In this document: piece by piece, positions 1-13,386 of the stretch | Position numbering within the stretch: position 1 is the first letter of the stretch | How the letters are laid out: the number at the start of each line of letters is the position of its first letter | DNA from: Octopus vulgaris | Lineage: Eukaryota | Assembly (NCBI GenBank): GCA_951406725.2 | Contig: OX597817.1 | Span: 51,832,001 to 51,896,000 of the forward strand | DNA: 64,000 bases | Direction of reading: 5' to 3' | Notes under the pieces: generated by a model | Databases searched by the model: none | Seen by the model: only the letters and a program-made list of their open reading frames with translations | Told to the model about the DNA's origin: nothing | Position numbers and translations under genes: made by a program

Positions 1-299
1 GCATGTCCTGAAACCTCGTCGGTGGGAATTGTGCCACCGACGGAGGAAACCGTGGCTTCCTCCCAATATAGTAAATGAGGAATTTGTGATCTTCTTTCTT
101 AAGGGAGGGGCCGTAGAGAACTTTGTGAGGAATCTGGAAGGTCGGGAAGAGGATGTTCTGACCTGCATTGAAAGCCCGGATTGGCCTCCGCAGGTGGATG
201 CAGAGGTCATGGAGGAAAATTATTTCTACAGGGTGATGGATTCCTTTAGCAAGGATGAATACAATCATCTCTTATGGGACCCCGGCTTGCGACTGCAGG

Positions 300-502
300 C
301 AAACCTGTGGTGGAGCACAAACCCAAGCACAAAGACACACACACAATGACATACACACACACGACGGGCCTCTATCAGCTTCCGTGCACGATATCCACTC
401 ACAAGGCTTTGGTCAGGTCGAGGCTATAGTAGAAGACAATTGCCCAAGGTGCCAAGCAGTGGGACTGAACCCAGAACCATGAGAATGGGAAGCAAGCTTC
501 TT
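300..502 (-). mobile_element. SINE family A, partial
   Basis: Reverse-complement match to 1020-1220. Confidence 0.75.
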
Positions 503-995
503 TATTTCATTACATTTGCCATAAAGGCATAATGCAGATGGAAGCTTGCGGGCTAGATACAGACACAATGATGATGATGAAATAAAAAAAGAGATGGTTG
601 ATGGCGGAAGCAGACACTGCCCACCGATTGTTACTTCCCGATAACATTGTTCTTTTTTAAAACACAAATGAGGTGTTGAACCTCTTACAAACATTACAAA
701 TTGAGGCGCTGAGCCTCTTACCAAAATCACCAAGTTCGAATTGAGGCACTAAGACCTCTTACTCTACCTCCCAGACTAAGTCACTTTCCCCAATTATTTC
801 TACGGTGTGATAGATTTCTTACCAACGATGAATACAATTATCTCTTATGGGACCCCGGCTTGCGACTGCAGGCAAGCCATCCATCTTTCAAGGGGCGATA
901 AAATAAGTACCAGTTGTGACTACAGGAGGGTCGATGTAATCCACGTAACCCTGAACATGCTTGGCTTATGACACAATTTGAAACAAATATTTATA

Positions 996-1392
996 GGCGT
1001 AGGAGTGGTTGTGTGGTAAGAAGCTTCCTTTCCAACCACAGGGTTCCTGATTCAGTCCCACTGCGTGGCACCTTGGGCAAGTGTCTTCTACTATAGCCTT
1101 GGGCCGACCAAAGCCTTGAGAATGGATTTGGTAGACGAAAACTGAACGAAGCCCATCGTGTATATAAATATATATATATATGCATGTATGTATATGTTTG
1201 TGTGTCTGTGTTCCCCACCACCATCGCTTGACAACCGATGTTGGTGTGTTTACGTTCCCGTAAGTTAGCAGTTCGGCAAGAGAGACCGATCGAATAAGTA
1301 CTAGGCTTACAAAAGAATAAGGGCTTGGGTCGATTCGTTCGACTAAAGGCGGTGCTGTATCATGGCCGCAGTCAAATGACTGAAACAAAAAA
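996..1392 (+). mobile_element. SINE family A (tRNA-like head, CORE-like GGCACCTTGGGCAAGT segment, internal microsatellite, LINE-like tail), full length
   Basis: A-box-like GTGG..GTGTGG and B-box-like GTTCAGTCCC; more than 14 similar copies in the window. Confidence 0.85.
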
Positions 1393-1711
1393 AATGAACG
1401 AATAAATATATATATATACATACATATATATATATATATGTATACACACATATATACATGGCTATATATGCGTGTGTATGTATACATACATATGTGTATT
1501 TGTGCTTGTATTTCCCACCACCACCATCACCTAATACTTGAAAGCCGGTGTTGCTTTGTTTGCGTCCCCGTAACTTAGTGGTTTGGCAAAACAAGTATGA
1601 TAAAATATAAGATATTATTTCTATTTTCAATAATCAGTGAATGTATTTCACTTGAAATATATCCGTTTTCAAAGGCAGATAGGTATCGGCAGCTAGCAAG
1701 CTATGCTACTC

Positions 1712-1750
1712 CGGACTGATGATGAGCAACGACTCTGAAACTAGTCTCTG
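1712..1750 (+). ncRNA. Minimal type I hammerhead ribozyme motif
   Basis: cgga-CTGATGA-t-gag-caacga-ctc-t-GAAAC-TA-GTC-tctg. Canonical core, palindromic stem III (ACTAGT), GUC triplet; stem I is extendable by 1693-1703 / 1755-1767. Confidence 0.75.
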
Positions 1751-1938
1751 AATGTTGGCTTTGCTGGGTGGAGGTGCTTATCTCGCCCTTTGAAAACATA
1801 AGGACACAGGAAATGTGTCAAGTCCAACAGGAAGCGTGTTTCCTAGGGCTAAATAACAGTAGCGTTCTTCCCTTTATGGGAGTGTCACATTAAGTTGACA
1901 ACATGCTATCACTTTGCGGTCGATCTGTTCAGATAAAC

Positions 1939-2354
1939 CCTATTTCTTTAGTACCCACAAGGGGCTAAACACAGAGAGGACGAACAAAGACAGACAAACG
2001 GATTAAGTCGATTATATCGACCCCAGTGCGTAACTGGTACTTATTTAATCGACCCCGAAGGGATGAAAGGCAAAGTCGACCTCGGCGGAATTTGAACTCA
2101 GAACATAAAGACAGACGAAATACCTATTTCTTTATTGCCCACAAGGAGCTAAACACAGAGAGGACGAACAAGGACAGACAAACGGATTAAGTCGATTATA
2201 TCGACCCCAGTGCGTAACTGGTACTTATTTAATCGACCCCGAAGGGATGAAAGGCAAAGTCGACCTCGGCAGAATTTGAACTCAGAACGTAGCGACAGAT
2301 GAAATACTGCTAACCATTTCGCCCGGTGTGCTAACGTTTCAGCCAACTCGCCGC
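1939..2354 (-). mobile_element. SINE family B (tRNA head + Nin/Deu-like core), head plus duplicated body; TSD taaaccct
   Basis: A/B boxes (TGGCAGAAACG, GAGTTCAAATTC); core GTCGACTTTGCCTTTCATCC..GGGGTCGAT..AAGTACC resembles the Nin/Deu SINE domain; TSD at 1934-1941 / 2355-2362. Confidence 0.88.
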
Positions 2355-2929
2355 TAAACCCTTCGAGGTTTTCTTTAAAACAACCCAAGAGATGTTTGTA
2401 AGACGCCTTTTGATGAAAAGGGATGCCGTGCTACAACAGGTTTAAAACCACACATTTAGAGGCCAATGTATTTTCATTTTCGATGAAGGATTATGCAGGA
2501 AAATATTAATCTCAATTGTTTTTGACAGCAGAACAAGGTAAACCTTTTCGGGCTGTGTTTTATGTCCATCGAAATCTTCAAACTTATGACATCTACTTAA
2601 CAAAAGAACATTATTATTTCATAAACAGATTTTCTTTTGTGTGTCAACAATTGAAGCAGCAACTTAAGAGCTCTGATTGAACATATATATCCTGAAATTG
2701 ATGTTAAGAGCAGTTATTAAACAGATCACAATGTTTGTAAGCTGATTCTATAAAACCTAAACAGCTTCTTTGCTACTTCTTTCAAGTTTCTTTGGGTATT
2801 CTAAAGATTAAACATATTTTGTTCTTTTCTTTTTATCATCAACGTTAGGTGTTGTTTATTTCAAACTGACAGGAAGCAAGCCATTTAGATGTAATAGTTT
2901 GTTTTATTATTTGATGAAATCTCTCAGCT

Positions 2930-3336
2930 TATTTTACTGGAAGTGTCAGCTGTCCACAGCCGGCAGACTAAGGTGATACTTGTTTACTGGTCATGCTTCA
3001 AGATCCCTGCGAAGAATTCTTGCAGTTCCAAGAAATGCTGTGTTTTTTTTTTTTTTAGATGTTCTAGCTTCTGTATTATTATTTTCTCTTTATCACATGT
3101 TTTGTAGGAATTCCTTGAGTCTTGCACGCGTAGTGGGCTTGCTACCTGCAGCCTATGGCACCATGCTATTCATTCTTTTCGGTTATCGCATACTTTCCTG
3201 ATCATTCTGGCCGTGCCAAGGAGGCAAACCTTTTGTAATAGGTCTACTGTGCACTCTATTCCAATTTCCTCTATATTCCTCTTGATGCCTTCTGATACTG
3301 TTCCCAAGGATCGAATAATCATTGGCACTATCTTCA

Positions 3337-3337
<1 letters not shown>
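2930..3337 (-). mobile_element. Two R4/Dong-like LINE 3' remnants
   Basis: VKIVPMIIRSLGTV..LLQKVCLLGTARMIRKV (3185-3337) and AFLGTARILRRDL (2998-3040). Confidence 0.7.
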
Positions 3338-3393
<56 letters not shown>

Positions 3394-3734
3394 CATCTAT
3401 CACCCCATTTTGACCACCCCATTATCATTCCATCGCCCCCTGGGGGGAGCAATACCGCCCACTTTGGGAACCACTGATCTAGTTGATATATTTTTTGTAA
3501 TAATTTTTGAACATGCGCTGTTGGGGTGCGTCTAATACGCTCGTGCGTCTTTTATGCCATCAAATACAGTAAATTATTATTATTTTTCGTCATTCTTGTC
3601 ATACCCCACAGTTAGTTTTGGATAGCATACAGTGTTTTCTTTTCCATTTATGCAAACTGTCAAATTTAGTCTGAACGCCCTGTACATTATCGTTATAAAT
3701 AGTAATCTTTTACACACATAGATATATACATATA

Positions 3735-3889
3735 CACGACGGGCTTCTTTCAGTTCCCGTCTATCAAATCCACTCACAAGGTTTTGGTCGATCCAAGACT
3801 ATAGTAGAAGACACCCAAGTTACCATGCCGTGGGACTGAACCCGGAACCATGTGGATGAGAAGCAAGCTTCTTACCACTCAACCACGCA
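3735..3889 (-). mobile_element. SINE family A, 5' half
   Basis: Match to the family A head and core. Confidence 0.8.
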
Positions 3890-4143
3890 CTAATTTATAC
3901 ATTATATAGTAGTACGTTGTCTCACAGAGTTACGCATTATCCTTTGTATTATAGACACACGGCCTGAAATGTGTGGGGAGGGGTGAGTCGATCACATCTA
4001 CCCCAGTGCGTAACTGGTACTTTTTTAATCGATTCTGAAAGGATGAAAGACAAAGTCGACCTCGGAGTTACGCATTATCCTTATAAATTGTTATACATTA
4101 TCATACAGAGCTATGCTGAGTTGTGCATTGTTATATTTTAATA

Positions 4144-4539
4144 CTAGCAGTATAGCCCAGCGTTGCTCGGGCTTGTTTTCTTTTCGACCCTTTAGAATTG
4201 GAATTTTTGAAAAGTAAAACTTTTGCATTATGTAACTTGTTATTCTCTTTAAGTGAACGTTTTTCTGGTTGAAATACACCGAAAAATGACGACACAGCAG
4301 TCAAAAAATCGTAAAAAATAGGGATTTTCATAGAAAAAAAAGCACCTTTTTGATGTAAATAATTTTTGGTGTTAACATGGTCCGATTTGAATTTTTTCTT
4401 CTACGGAAGGAAGAGCAAGCCTTCTATCATACACTCAATTTTGGTCAACGTGCGCCGCAGGGTCTCGGAGGAGATAGTGTTAGTTGAAGGCTACCAAACC
4501 TGCCATACACAGACAACTTCAGCTTTATATAGAGAGAGA
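4144..4539 (-). mobile_element. Non-autonomous Helitron sharing termini with 56181-56693
   Basis: Minus strand begins TCTCTCTCTATATAAAGCTGAAGTTGT and ends gcccgagcaacgctgggctatactgCTAG, at an A|T site. Confidence 0.8.
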
Positions 4540-4790
4540 TTACGCATAATCCTACATTACCTCAATAAGTGCTTGATAGGTGGATCGTTTTATCGACTCA
4601 GAAATGATGGCCCGTTAAAGTTAACAGCGGAGGAATGTGAACTCAATATAAAAGTACATAATTGCATTACCATATTTAGTTCGGTGCTCTTACCGCTTTT
4701 ATCACACCAAGTAAATATTTGACGGAAAGCCAAGGAAGAGATGCAATACTTCGTTTTTATTCCATTTTCCCAATACACACACACATACAC

Positions 4791-4855
<65 letters not shown>

Positions 4856-5023
4856 TATACATATATATAGCAAATGAAAGACAAGATGGAATATACGAGA
4901 ATTTATTATTAATCACGACAATTGTTTTGACACATCTAGTATCGATCCCTCATGGGTGAGACACTCACCAACTGGTTCAGGAGTAGTTATATATATATGT
5001 ATGTATATATATATATATATGTG

Positions 5024-5073
<50 letters not shown>

Positions 5074-5570
5074 CATTAACGTGTGTGTGTGTATGTGTGT
5101 GTGTGGAAATATGTTTGCATCCATGTTATTATATATGTGTGTGTGTGTGTGTATGCACTTACACACCCATACACGCACACACATATATGTGTGTGTATAT
5201 ACATATATATAAATACACACACACACACACACACACATATACAGTCACATGGATGCAACCATATTTCCATACATTCAAAAACATACACACACACACACAC
5301 AAAGACACACACACAAAGAAAGACACATACACAGACACACACAGAGGCACATACATGCCATGTTTTATGATTTATCGTATTTACACATCATTCCGCGGCA
5401 GCTAAGTTTACTCAGCGCTCTAGAAACATATGTGACCCGCATCCTGTTATAGGAATTCTTTCTCATAGTATTGATGGCTTTATTAATTAAAAACGATAAA
5501 TCAACAATTTTCTGGTTTGCTGGGGAACTTTGTCTCCTTTCATATTGTATTATTTTTATATAAAATCGAA

Positions 5571-6190
5571 TGGCGACGAGATGGCAGAATCGTTAACGCA
5601 CTGGACGAAACGCTTAGCGGCATTTCGCTTGTTGCTATGTTCTGAGCTCAAATTCCGCCGAGATCGACTTTACTTTTTATTCTTTCGGGATCGACAAATT
5701 AAGTACCTGTTGCGTACTGAGGTCGATCTAATAGACTGGCCCACTCCCCCAAAATTTCGAGCCTTGAGCCTACAGTATAAAACATTATTTTACACAAAAC
5801 CGATTGGCGGCGAGCTGGCAGAATCGGTAGTGTGCTGGACGAAATGACTACCGGTATTTCGCTTGTCGCTGTTCTGAGTTCAAATTCCACCGCAATCGAC
5901 TTTACCAAGGGGTCGACAAATTAATTATCATTCGCGTACTGACCCTCTCCAAAAATTTCTGGCTTTGTTCCTAGAGTAAAAAACATTATTTTAAGCAAAT
6001 TCTGTAGGCGGCGAGCTGGCAGAATCGTTAACGCGTTGGGCGAAATGCGGCTTGTCACTACGTTCCGAGTTCAAATTGCGCCGGGGTCAACTTTACCTTT
6101 TATCCTTTCGGGGTCGGTAAATTGAGTACTGGGGTCGATATGATCGACTATTTCCTTCCAGATTTCAGGCAGGCCTTGTGCCTATAACAC
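5571..6190 (+). mobile_element. Three tandem, diverged family B-related SINEs with a different 3' end
   Basis: Heads start near 5572, 5807 and 6007. Similar degraded copies lie at 45345-45760, 880-990, 3955-4065 and 6965-7110. Confidence 0.7.
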
Positions 6191-6244
6191 AAAGAATAAT
6201 TTTATACAAGATGTTTGATCCACTTTGATATACACTATTACTGA

Positions 6245-6625
6245 TTTGTTTCAGTTATTTGACTGCGGCCATGCTGGAGCACCGCCTTTAGTCGAATAAA
6301 TCGACCACAAGACTTATTCTTTGTAAGCCTCATACTTATTCTATCGGTTTCTTTTTCCCGAGCCACTAAGTTACGGGGGCGTAAACACACCAACATCGGT
6401 TGTCAATCGAAGGTAGGGAGACAAACACACACACAAACATGCACACACACGCATATATATATATATATCTACAACGGGTTTCTTTCAGTTTCTGTCTACC
6501 AAATCCACTCACACGGCTTTGGTTAGCCCGAAGCTATAGTAGAAGACACTTGCCCAAGGTACCACACAGTGAGACTGAACCCGGAACCATGTGGTTCGTA
6601 AGCAAGTTTCTCACCACACAGTCAC
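6245..6625 (-). mobile_element. SINE family A, near full length
   Basis: Match to family A from tail to head. Confidence 0.85.
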
Positions 6626-7201
6626 TCTTTCTTTTTTCAGTATCTATAAATCAACGCACGCAAACTTAATTTCAACACATTATCTTGTTTCAGCACATAA
6701 TATCAGATTAAATACACACACAAACATTAAACATGGCATAAGCTTCATGCGGACACATTTTTCTAAATGGTCTAACTTGCTTTGATAACTGACGCTGTTT
6801 GGAATTATCCAGATAACTAACCGCGTTAAATACGATATAATTCAAAAGTTTAATTCTATTTTTTTCTTTTTTTTTTGGATGGGAAATAATTCTACGCACG
6901 TTTCGGCCTTATTCTGCCCTTGCTAGTGAAGCACGGGTCTCATTGTAGTTATTGAAGTAAACGGCAATTTTAGGGGAAGAGAGTTTGTCGATCACAACGA
7001 TCCCGGTATTCAATTGTGACTTATTTTATCGACCTAAGAACGTAAAGAACTGGAAAAAACGATAGGAAGTATCTTTTCCGACATGCTAACGATTCTGTCA
7101 GTTCACCACCTTGATGATGATGATGATGATGATGACGACGACGACGACGACGATGATGAGAAGAAGAAGAAGAAGAAGAAGAAGAAGATGATGATGATGA
7201 T

Positions 7202-7530
7202 GATCTGAAAATAGAGGTAACTCGAATGTGGAGCCTAAAAACAGAAACAATTCCTATCATAGTAGGTGCATTAGGTATGATAAAAGAAAACATTCGGACA
7301 AATACATAACAAAAACACCAGGATTTACATGTATACATAGCATACAGAAAATTGCGCTACTGGGCACCGCAAACATCTTACGTAAAACACTTTCAATACA
7401 GTAAAAATAAGAGCATCACAGCAAATCACAGCACATACCCAAAGTACACAGAGCTGCGCTCGGTAGTGAAATGAAAGCACGTGGTAAAAATGAGGCTACT
7501 GAATAATAATAATGATAATAATAACAACAA
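7202..7530 (+). mobile_element. R4/Dong-like (RLE) LINE 3' remnant with (TAA)n tail
   Basis: DLKIEVTRMWSLKTETIPIIVGALG...IQKIALLGTANILRKTL*, flanked by trinucleotide repeats. Confidence 0.8.
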
Positions 7531-7776
7531 CAACAACAACAACAACAGCAATATTAAAGACAGTGAAGAGCTGTAATGACCTCGTGTGTACCGTTGGCGA
7601 TTTTTTCCCTCTGTCTTCCCTTCTCTGGATCTTTCCTTCTCCTATGTTTCCGACGAAGAGCTCCGTTCGAAACGCTAAACCCTCCTTCTTTCCTTCTTTC
7701 CTGAGCGTCCAATAATACTATATTTGTTCCACGTCCTCGCGTTGTTGTGTTTTTTTGTGCTTTCTTGTTTGGATTA

Positions 7777-7858
<82 letters not shown>

Positions 7859-8406
7859 TACACACACACACATAGTGGCGTTTTTTAGTTTTCGTGTGTT
7901 TTCTAAGAGCAAAGCTGATTTTATTGAACTTCGGATACAAAATATATTTACCGCAGTTGTTTGCTGATAAACGTAGCAAAGCTCTTATTTTTAATCTCAA
8001 ACACTACTTTGGGAAGAAAACAAAAAATAGATACACAAGAATAACTGGGAAAACTATACTTAAAAAATACTTGTTTTGCTTTTGGCTTTGTTTTTGTGGG
8101 TGGGGAGATCAGCTAGATTATATAAAGTAATCACATATTCTACAGGCGCTCTGATGACTTTGAAAGAAACTAAATTTTAAGGTATTACACGGAATACCTG
8201 GCCAAAAGACAATGGTTTGTCCATTTTACTGTACAGAACTGAATATGATAGACAGAGAAAATCAAGGCGATGATAGTGAGTTCCAAAGAGCAGCTGTTCA
8301 AGAAAAGTAACTGTTAGAACAAAAGGATTTATGACTAACAGAAGCTCAACAGAGAAAAACGATACGGCCGTGGTGACACGTTTAAATGTGTTCACAGAGG
8401 GTACTA

Positions 8407-8764
8407 TGGCACTCCGCTGGTTGCGGCGACGAGGGTTCCAGTTGATCCGATCAACGGAACAGCCAGCTCGTGAAATTAACGTGTAAGTGGCTGAGCACTC
8501 CACAGACACGTGTGCCCTTAACGTAGTTCTCGGGGGAGATTCAACGTGACACAGAGTGACCAGGCGGGTCCCTTTGAAATACAAGTACAACAGAAACAGG
8601 AAGACTGAGATAAATTTGTGGTGAAAGAGTACAGCAGGATTTTCCACCACCCTCTGCCGGAACCTCGTAGAGCTTTAGGTGTTTTCGCTCAATAAACACT
8701 CACAACGCCCAGTCTGGGAATGGAAACTGCGACCCTACAACCGCGAGTCCGCTGCCCTAACCAC
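8407..8764 (-). mobile_element. SINE family C (tRNA-Arg-like head; possibly octopus OR1/OR2 type), body type 1
   Basis: Head GTGGTTAGGGCAGCGGACTCGCGG..GTTTC.ATTCCC; the body matches 17300-17508. Confidence 0.8.
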
Positions 8765-9544
8765 GATTACTATGGCAATACATATAACAATAAAGAAACA
8801 ATTCAGATATATTTTGAGATCTTTTCTTTAAGTATTTCTATAGTTATAGCTCTAGCGAACGTTCTGGTGTGGTGCCCTCTACCAAGACCTTTATTTAAGG
8901 TTGTAGAGTTTAATTCAAGGGAGATTTAGCTTCTTTTTTTGGTGGTGGGGAGAACAGGTCAAGTGATAATATACTTCTTCATTGCTTCGTAAACTTACGA
9001 ATGATCAGCGGAATGTTTGTGTTTGATCAGCTGAATAGCTTCCTTTCAAATAAATTCTAAGATGTTTGTGTGTTTTGATATTAACGTTGTTATAGCGTGA
9101 GTTGTACTTGAACTTTTCAGATTGCCAGCAATGGATAAGAACTAAATCATTTTCTAGTCTTGAAGAGGAAATCTAGCCTTTTGGATGCAGTTTCAGCAAT
9201 GTTATGTATGTGAGATCGCTATGAAAGGTATTCAAGTGTTAAGAAGCATAGCATTTTATAAGGACTTTGGAGGCGTTAGTTATGCATTCACAAGAACCGA
9301 GTGTGCTTATGAATATATAACTAGCGTCCCTGAGAATAAGTAGAAGCCTTTAAAAAGGAGCATAAACACTGGGGTTCTATATTTAAGAGATGAGCAATTA
9401 TGTACATTATTCACATTATTTATATTCGACGGATATTTGTCCTCATCTTGTTTGTTAACATATTTCGGCTGATATACGTTCCAGCCTCCATCGGGTGTCT
9501 TGGGGAAATTTCGAACCTGGGTTCTCATTCCTATATATCTATAC

Positions 9545-10120
9545 ACGACGGGCTTCTTTCATTTTCAGTCAACCAAATCCACTCACAAGGTTTTGGTCGG
9601 CCCGAGACTATAGTAGAAGACACTAGCCCAAGGTGCCACGCAGTGGGACTGATCCCGGAACCATGTTGTTGGGAAGCAAGCTTCTTACTTCTTTATTGCC
9701 CACAAGGGGCTAAACATAGAGGGGGAAAACAAGGACAAACGGATTAAATCGATTACATCGACCCCAGTACGTAACTGGTACTTAATTTATCGACCTCGAA
9801 AGGATGAAAGGCAAAGTCGACCTCGGCGGAATTTGAACTCAGAACGTAACGGCAGACGAAATACCTATTTCTTTACTACCCTCAAGGGGCTAAACACAGA
9901 GTGGACAAACAAGGACAGACACACGGATTAAGTCGATTATATCGACCCCAGTGCGTAACTGGTACTTATTCAATTGACCCCGAAAGGATGAAAGGCAAAG
10001 TTGACCTCGGCGGAATTTGAACTCAGAACGTAACGGCAGACAAAATACTGCTAAGCATTTCGCCCGGCGTGCTAACGTTTCTGCCAGCTCACCGCCTTTC
10101 TTACCACACAGCCACTCCTA
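9545..10120 (-). mobile_element. SINE family A 5' half interrupted by a family B dimer (9689-10097; TSD ttcttac at 9682-9688 / 10098-10104)
   Basis: Family A sequence resumes after the insert; a 7-bp duplication is visible. Confidence 0.85.
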
Positions 10121-10527
10121 TATAATATATTATATTATATACAATATATTGTGTATGGAAGATATAAATCAATGGAAAATACCACGTCTTGTCAAAAGTT
10201 GACAGAGTATCATGGGAAATATGAAGCAGAAATGTCACCGTAATTGTCTAAGAAATATCTTATTGTTTCATAAAGAAAATAATAAAACAACTTTTTCTTG
10301 AAAAATGATGGGGTCGATTATATGAGAAGTTTTTCAACAGTAAGAGTAGAGGCGACTGTGTGGTTAAGAAGCTCGTTTTGCAACCATCACACGGTTTCGG
10401 GTTCAGTTCCACTGTACGGTTGGCAATTGGGGTATATTTTATTATCGCCTCAGGCCGGCCAATCCCACAAAGACTTAGTGAATTTGGTAGGCAAAAACCG
10501 AAAAACTGTTGTATATATACATACTGT

Positions 10528-10942
10528 TTTACTTGTTTCAGTCATTTGACTGTGGCCGTGCCGGAGCACCGCCTTTAGTCGAGCATATCGACCCTAGGAC
10601 TTATTCTTTATAAGCCTAGTACTTATTCCATCGTTCTCTTTTTGCCGAACCACTAAGTTACGGGGGACGTAAACACACCAGCATCGGTTGTCAAGCGATG
10701 TTGGGGGGGGACAAACAAAGACACACAAACACACACACACACGTATATATACATATACATATATACATATACATATATACGACGGGCTTCTTTCAGTTTC
10801 CGTCTACCAAATCCACTCACAAGGCTTTGGTTGGTCCGAGGCTATAGTAGAAGACGCTTGCCCAAAGTGCCACGCAGTGGGACTGAACCCGGAACCATGT
10901 GGTTGGTAAGCAAGCTACTTACCACACAACCAATCCTGCGCC
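10528..10942 (-). mobile_element. SINE family A, full length (degenerate + strand 5' half just upstream at 10350-10510)
   Basis: Match to family A. Confidence 0.85.
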
Positions 10943-10944
10943 CG

Positions 10945-11125
10945 AATTTACAAAAAAAAACAAAAGACGAAGACGGGTGTGTAAACAACAAACAGATGTA
11001 TAAATTTAACGCTCGGGAAGTGAGAAAGTTTTTTACGTTTCGAGCCTACGCTCTTCGACAGAAAGGAACACAGAAATAAGCAGGGAGAGAAAATAAAAGA
11101 GGTTTAGCGGCTAGCGATCTATCAT
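10945..11125 (-). mobile_element. Short (~170 bp) dispersed repeat carrying the A6U HHR-like motif; other copies 51205-51375 (+), 56710-56870 (-), tail only 17508-17550; relative 7560-7780
   Basis: Direct sequence similarity among the copies; the 3' ends mostly abut (TA)n. Confidence 0.7.
11031..11066 (-). ncRNA. Ultra-minimal hammerhead-like motif, A6U core variant (siblings 51249-51284 + and 56802-56839 -)
   Basis: cttt-CTGTNGA-a-gagc-gtag-gctc-GAAAC-GTA-aaa(g). N differs (C/T/G) between the three copies. Confidence 0.55.
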
Positions 11126-11354
11126 ACATACACATACATATTTTGCTTTGTTTGTTCTTGTCCCTAATTCTCCGCAAGTAAACCTTTCTTTTTTTGCGGG
11201 TACCGCAAATCGGGAAACATTCAGTCTTATAGTTAAAGGTCCGAAACTGAATACTACCTATTCGTCGATAAATGATGAAGAATTATGGACATTCTGTTTG
11301 CCTCCCGTTCGTTTTTACATTCAGTATACGTTTCGTCGTTTGCTTATACATTTG

Positions 11355-11391
<37 letters not shown>

Positions 11392-11994
11392 AATTTAGGT
11401 ACATAGGTAATCGTTTTTTATTTCGTATATTTTCATTTGTCTTGCTTATTTTTACACTTTGGTTTTTGCTGAGATTTTTCTTGAGAACACATTCTTCGTG
11501 GTAAATGGCGATTTGACGTCTATGTTTAGCATATAGGCGGTCCACTTTTAGTGGTCAGTCCTCTAAATTTTGTATGTAAAACAATTTTTAATCTTTGGAT
11601 TTTTAAAAATATGCTAAACCACTGGTTTTGATTGATTAATATCAATTTCTACCCATATTTAATTATACATATATATATATATATATATTGTCGTACCCTG
11701 TATTGAGGAGAACATTAAAGAAATTAAGGAAGAGTGGTCGAAAAGCGAAGAGACAGAAGAGGAGGAAGGGGCAAGATGGAGGAGGAGGAAGCTTTGATTT
11801 ATGGTTTTTTCTTTGTCTCCAATTCTGTAGAAAATGTAACAGAATTTGCCAGAAATGGTTACTGTAATGTTTTTTCAACGTATTTGTGATTGGTTTTTAT
11901 GGGAGCAGCTGGTGGCTTGTCGTTTAGTTTGGTTTCTTATATTTCATGTTTACATTTGTGTCGTGTGTTTTAAATTATCTGTGTCTGCATCTAA

Positions 11995-12081
<87 letters not shown>

Positions 12082-12235
12082 TATACATTGTTGTATTTCC
12101 ATATCTATAAATTATATATGTGTGTGTGTGTGTGTGCTAAATTTTCTGGAGAACAATTCTTAGTGGTTGAGACCATAGCGGATCTTTTTCTAGCGTAAGG
12201 GTTTCCACATAGTGGTTCCCTCTTATATCTATCTA

Positions 12236-12280
<45 letters not shown>

Positions 12281-12283
<3 letters not shown>

Positions 12284-13386
12284 TAAATAACTGGAGTTTA
12301 ACGCAGGTGTAATCAAATATTTTTACTTTCGACACATGTTTCGAAAATTCCACTGATAATATTCAAAAGAACAAATGGTATAAACAATGCAATCTTCTCC
12401 TGAGGAAAGTGAAAAAAGCGAAACTCGTCAATAAGACATTTTAGCAAAAAATGATGGATTTTATAGCGATAGATAGGACGCTATTAATATTGTTTAAAAA
12501 AACGTTATATGATATAACGTCATAAGTAGCTAACAGAAAGAGTAGGGATACCAATAGTGAATGTTAAATATAAATGGAAATTAAAGTTTAAATTATATAT
12601 AATGATAGAGACTACTTATATGCACTAAATGTATGTTTTTGCCAATGCTTACATCTGTATGCTCGTTCTATAACCGTGTTTACTATATATTTTTAGAAAA
12701 AATAATGAAAAATAGCTCAGAATTGCAGAGAAGACAGAATTCCTTGCCTTTGTCATATGGTATCGAAATTGAGAGAATCAACCATTCTAAATTAAATTGT
12801 TCATTGTGGTCTTTTAAATCCCAAATCAGTTTGCTGAGACCGGTACTATTACGTTTATTTCTATCCCTAAATGTTGAGTAATGGATAGAAATTCTTTTAG
12901 ATAACTCTAACGATGTGCTTCCAATGTAAAATCGTACTTTATTACGAGTACTGATTATACACTGGTATATAGAATTTTAATCTTAGAGTTACTTGACATA
13001 AACTTAATTCTATTGGAATTGACTTCAGAAACAATAACCTTGTTATTAATATTTCTAGAGGGTTGGATCGTATTAGGTAAATTAATGTTAGTATTAGTAA
13101 ATGTATTAATATTTAACAGTTTGTTATTATGTGAAGAGATAATTTGCAAGAGATTTTTTGCGTTTGAAAAACCTATCCTAACCTTATGTGAATTGATAAT
13201 AGAGTAGTATCTAGAATTGTTTGGAAAATTCCTAGCAATAGCTTGACGAAACAGCAGTGGGAGATTAGATTTAATTTGTCTCCCGTAAGGAATTGTTAAC
13301 CAAATATTTTTACTAGTATTCATAGCGTAATTACTTTTGCAGGTGTTATATTTACTTTTAGATCGATAATAGGGGATTAAATAAGG

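Noticed and set aside
3510-3571. Pogo/Tigger-like TIR end
   Set aside because: Only one end was found, with no matching partner in the window.
4895-4990. Possible hammerhead remnants with ACAATTGT palindrome (also ~51438-51460 and ~60895-60925)
   Set aside because: The core and stem II are too degraded to support a call.
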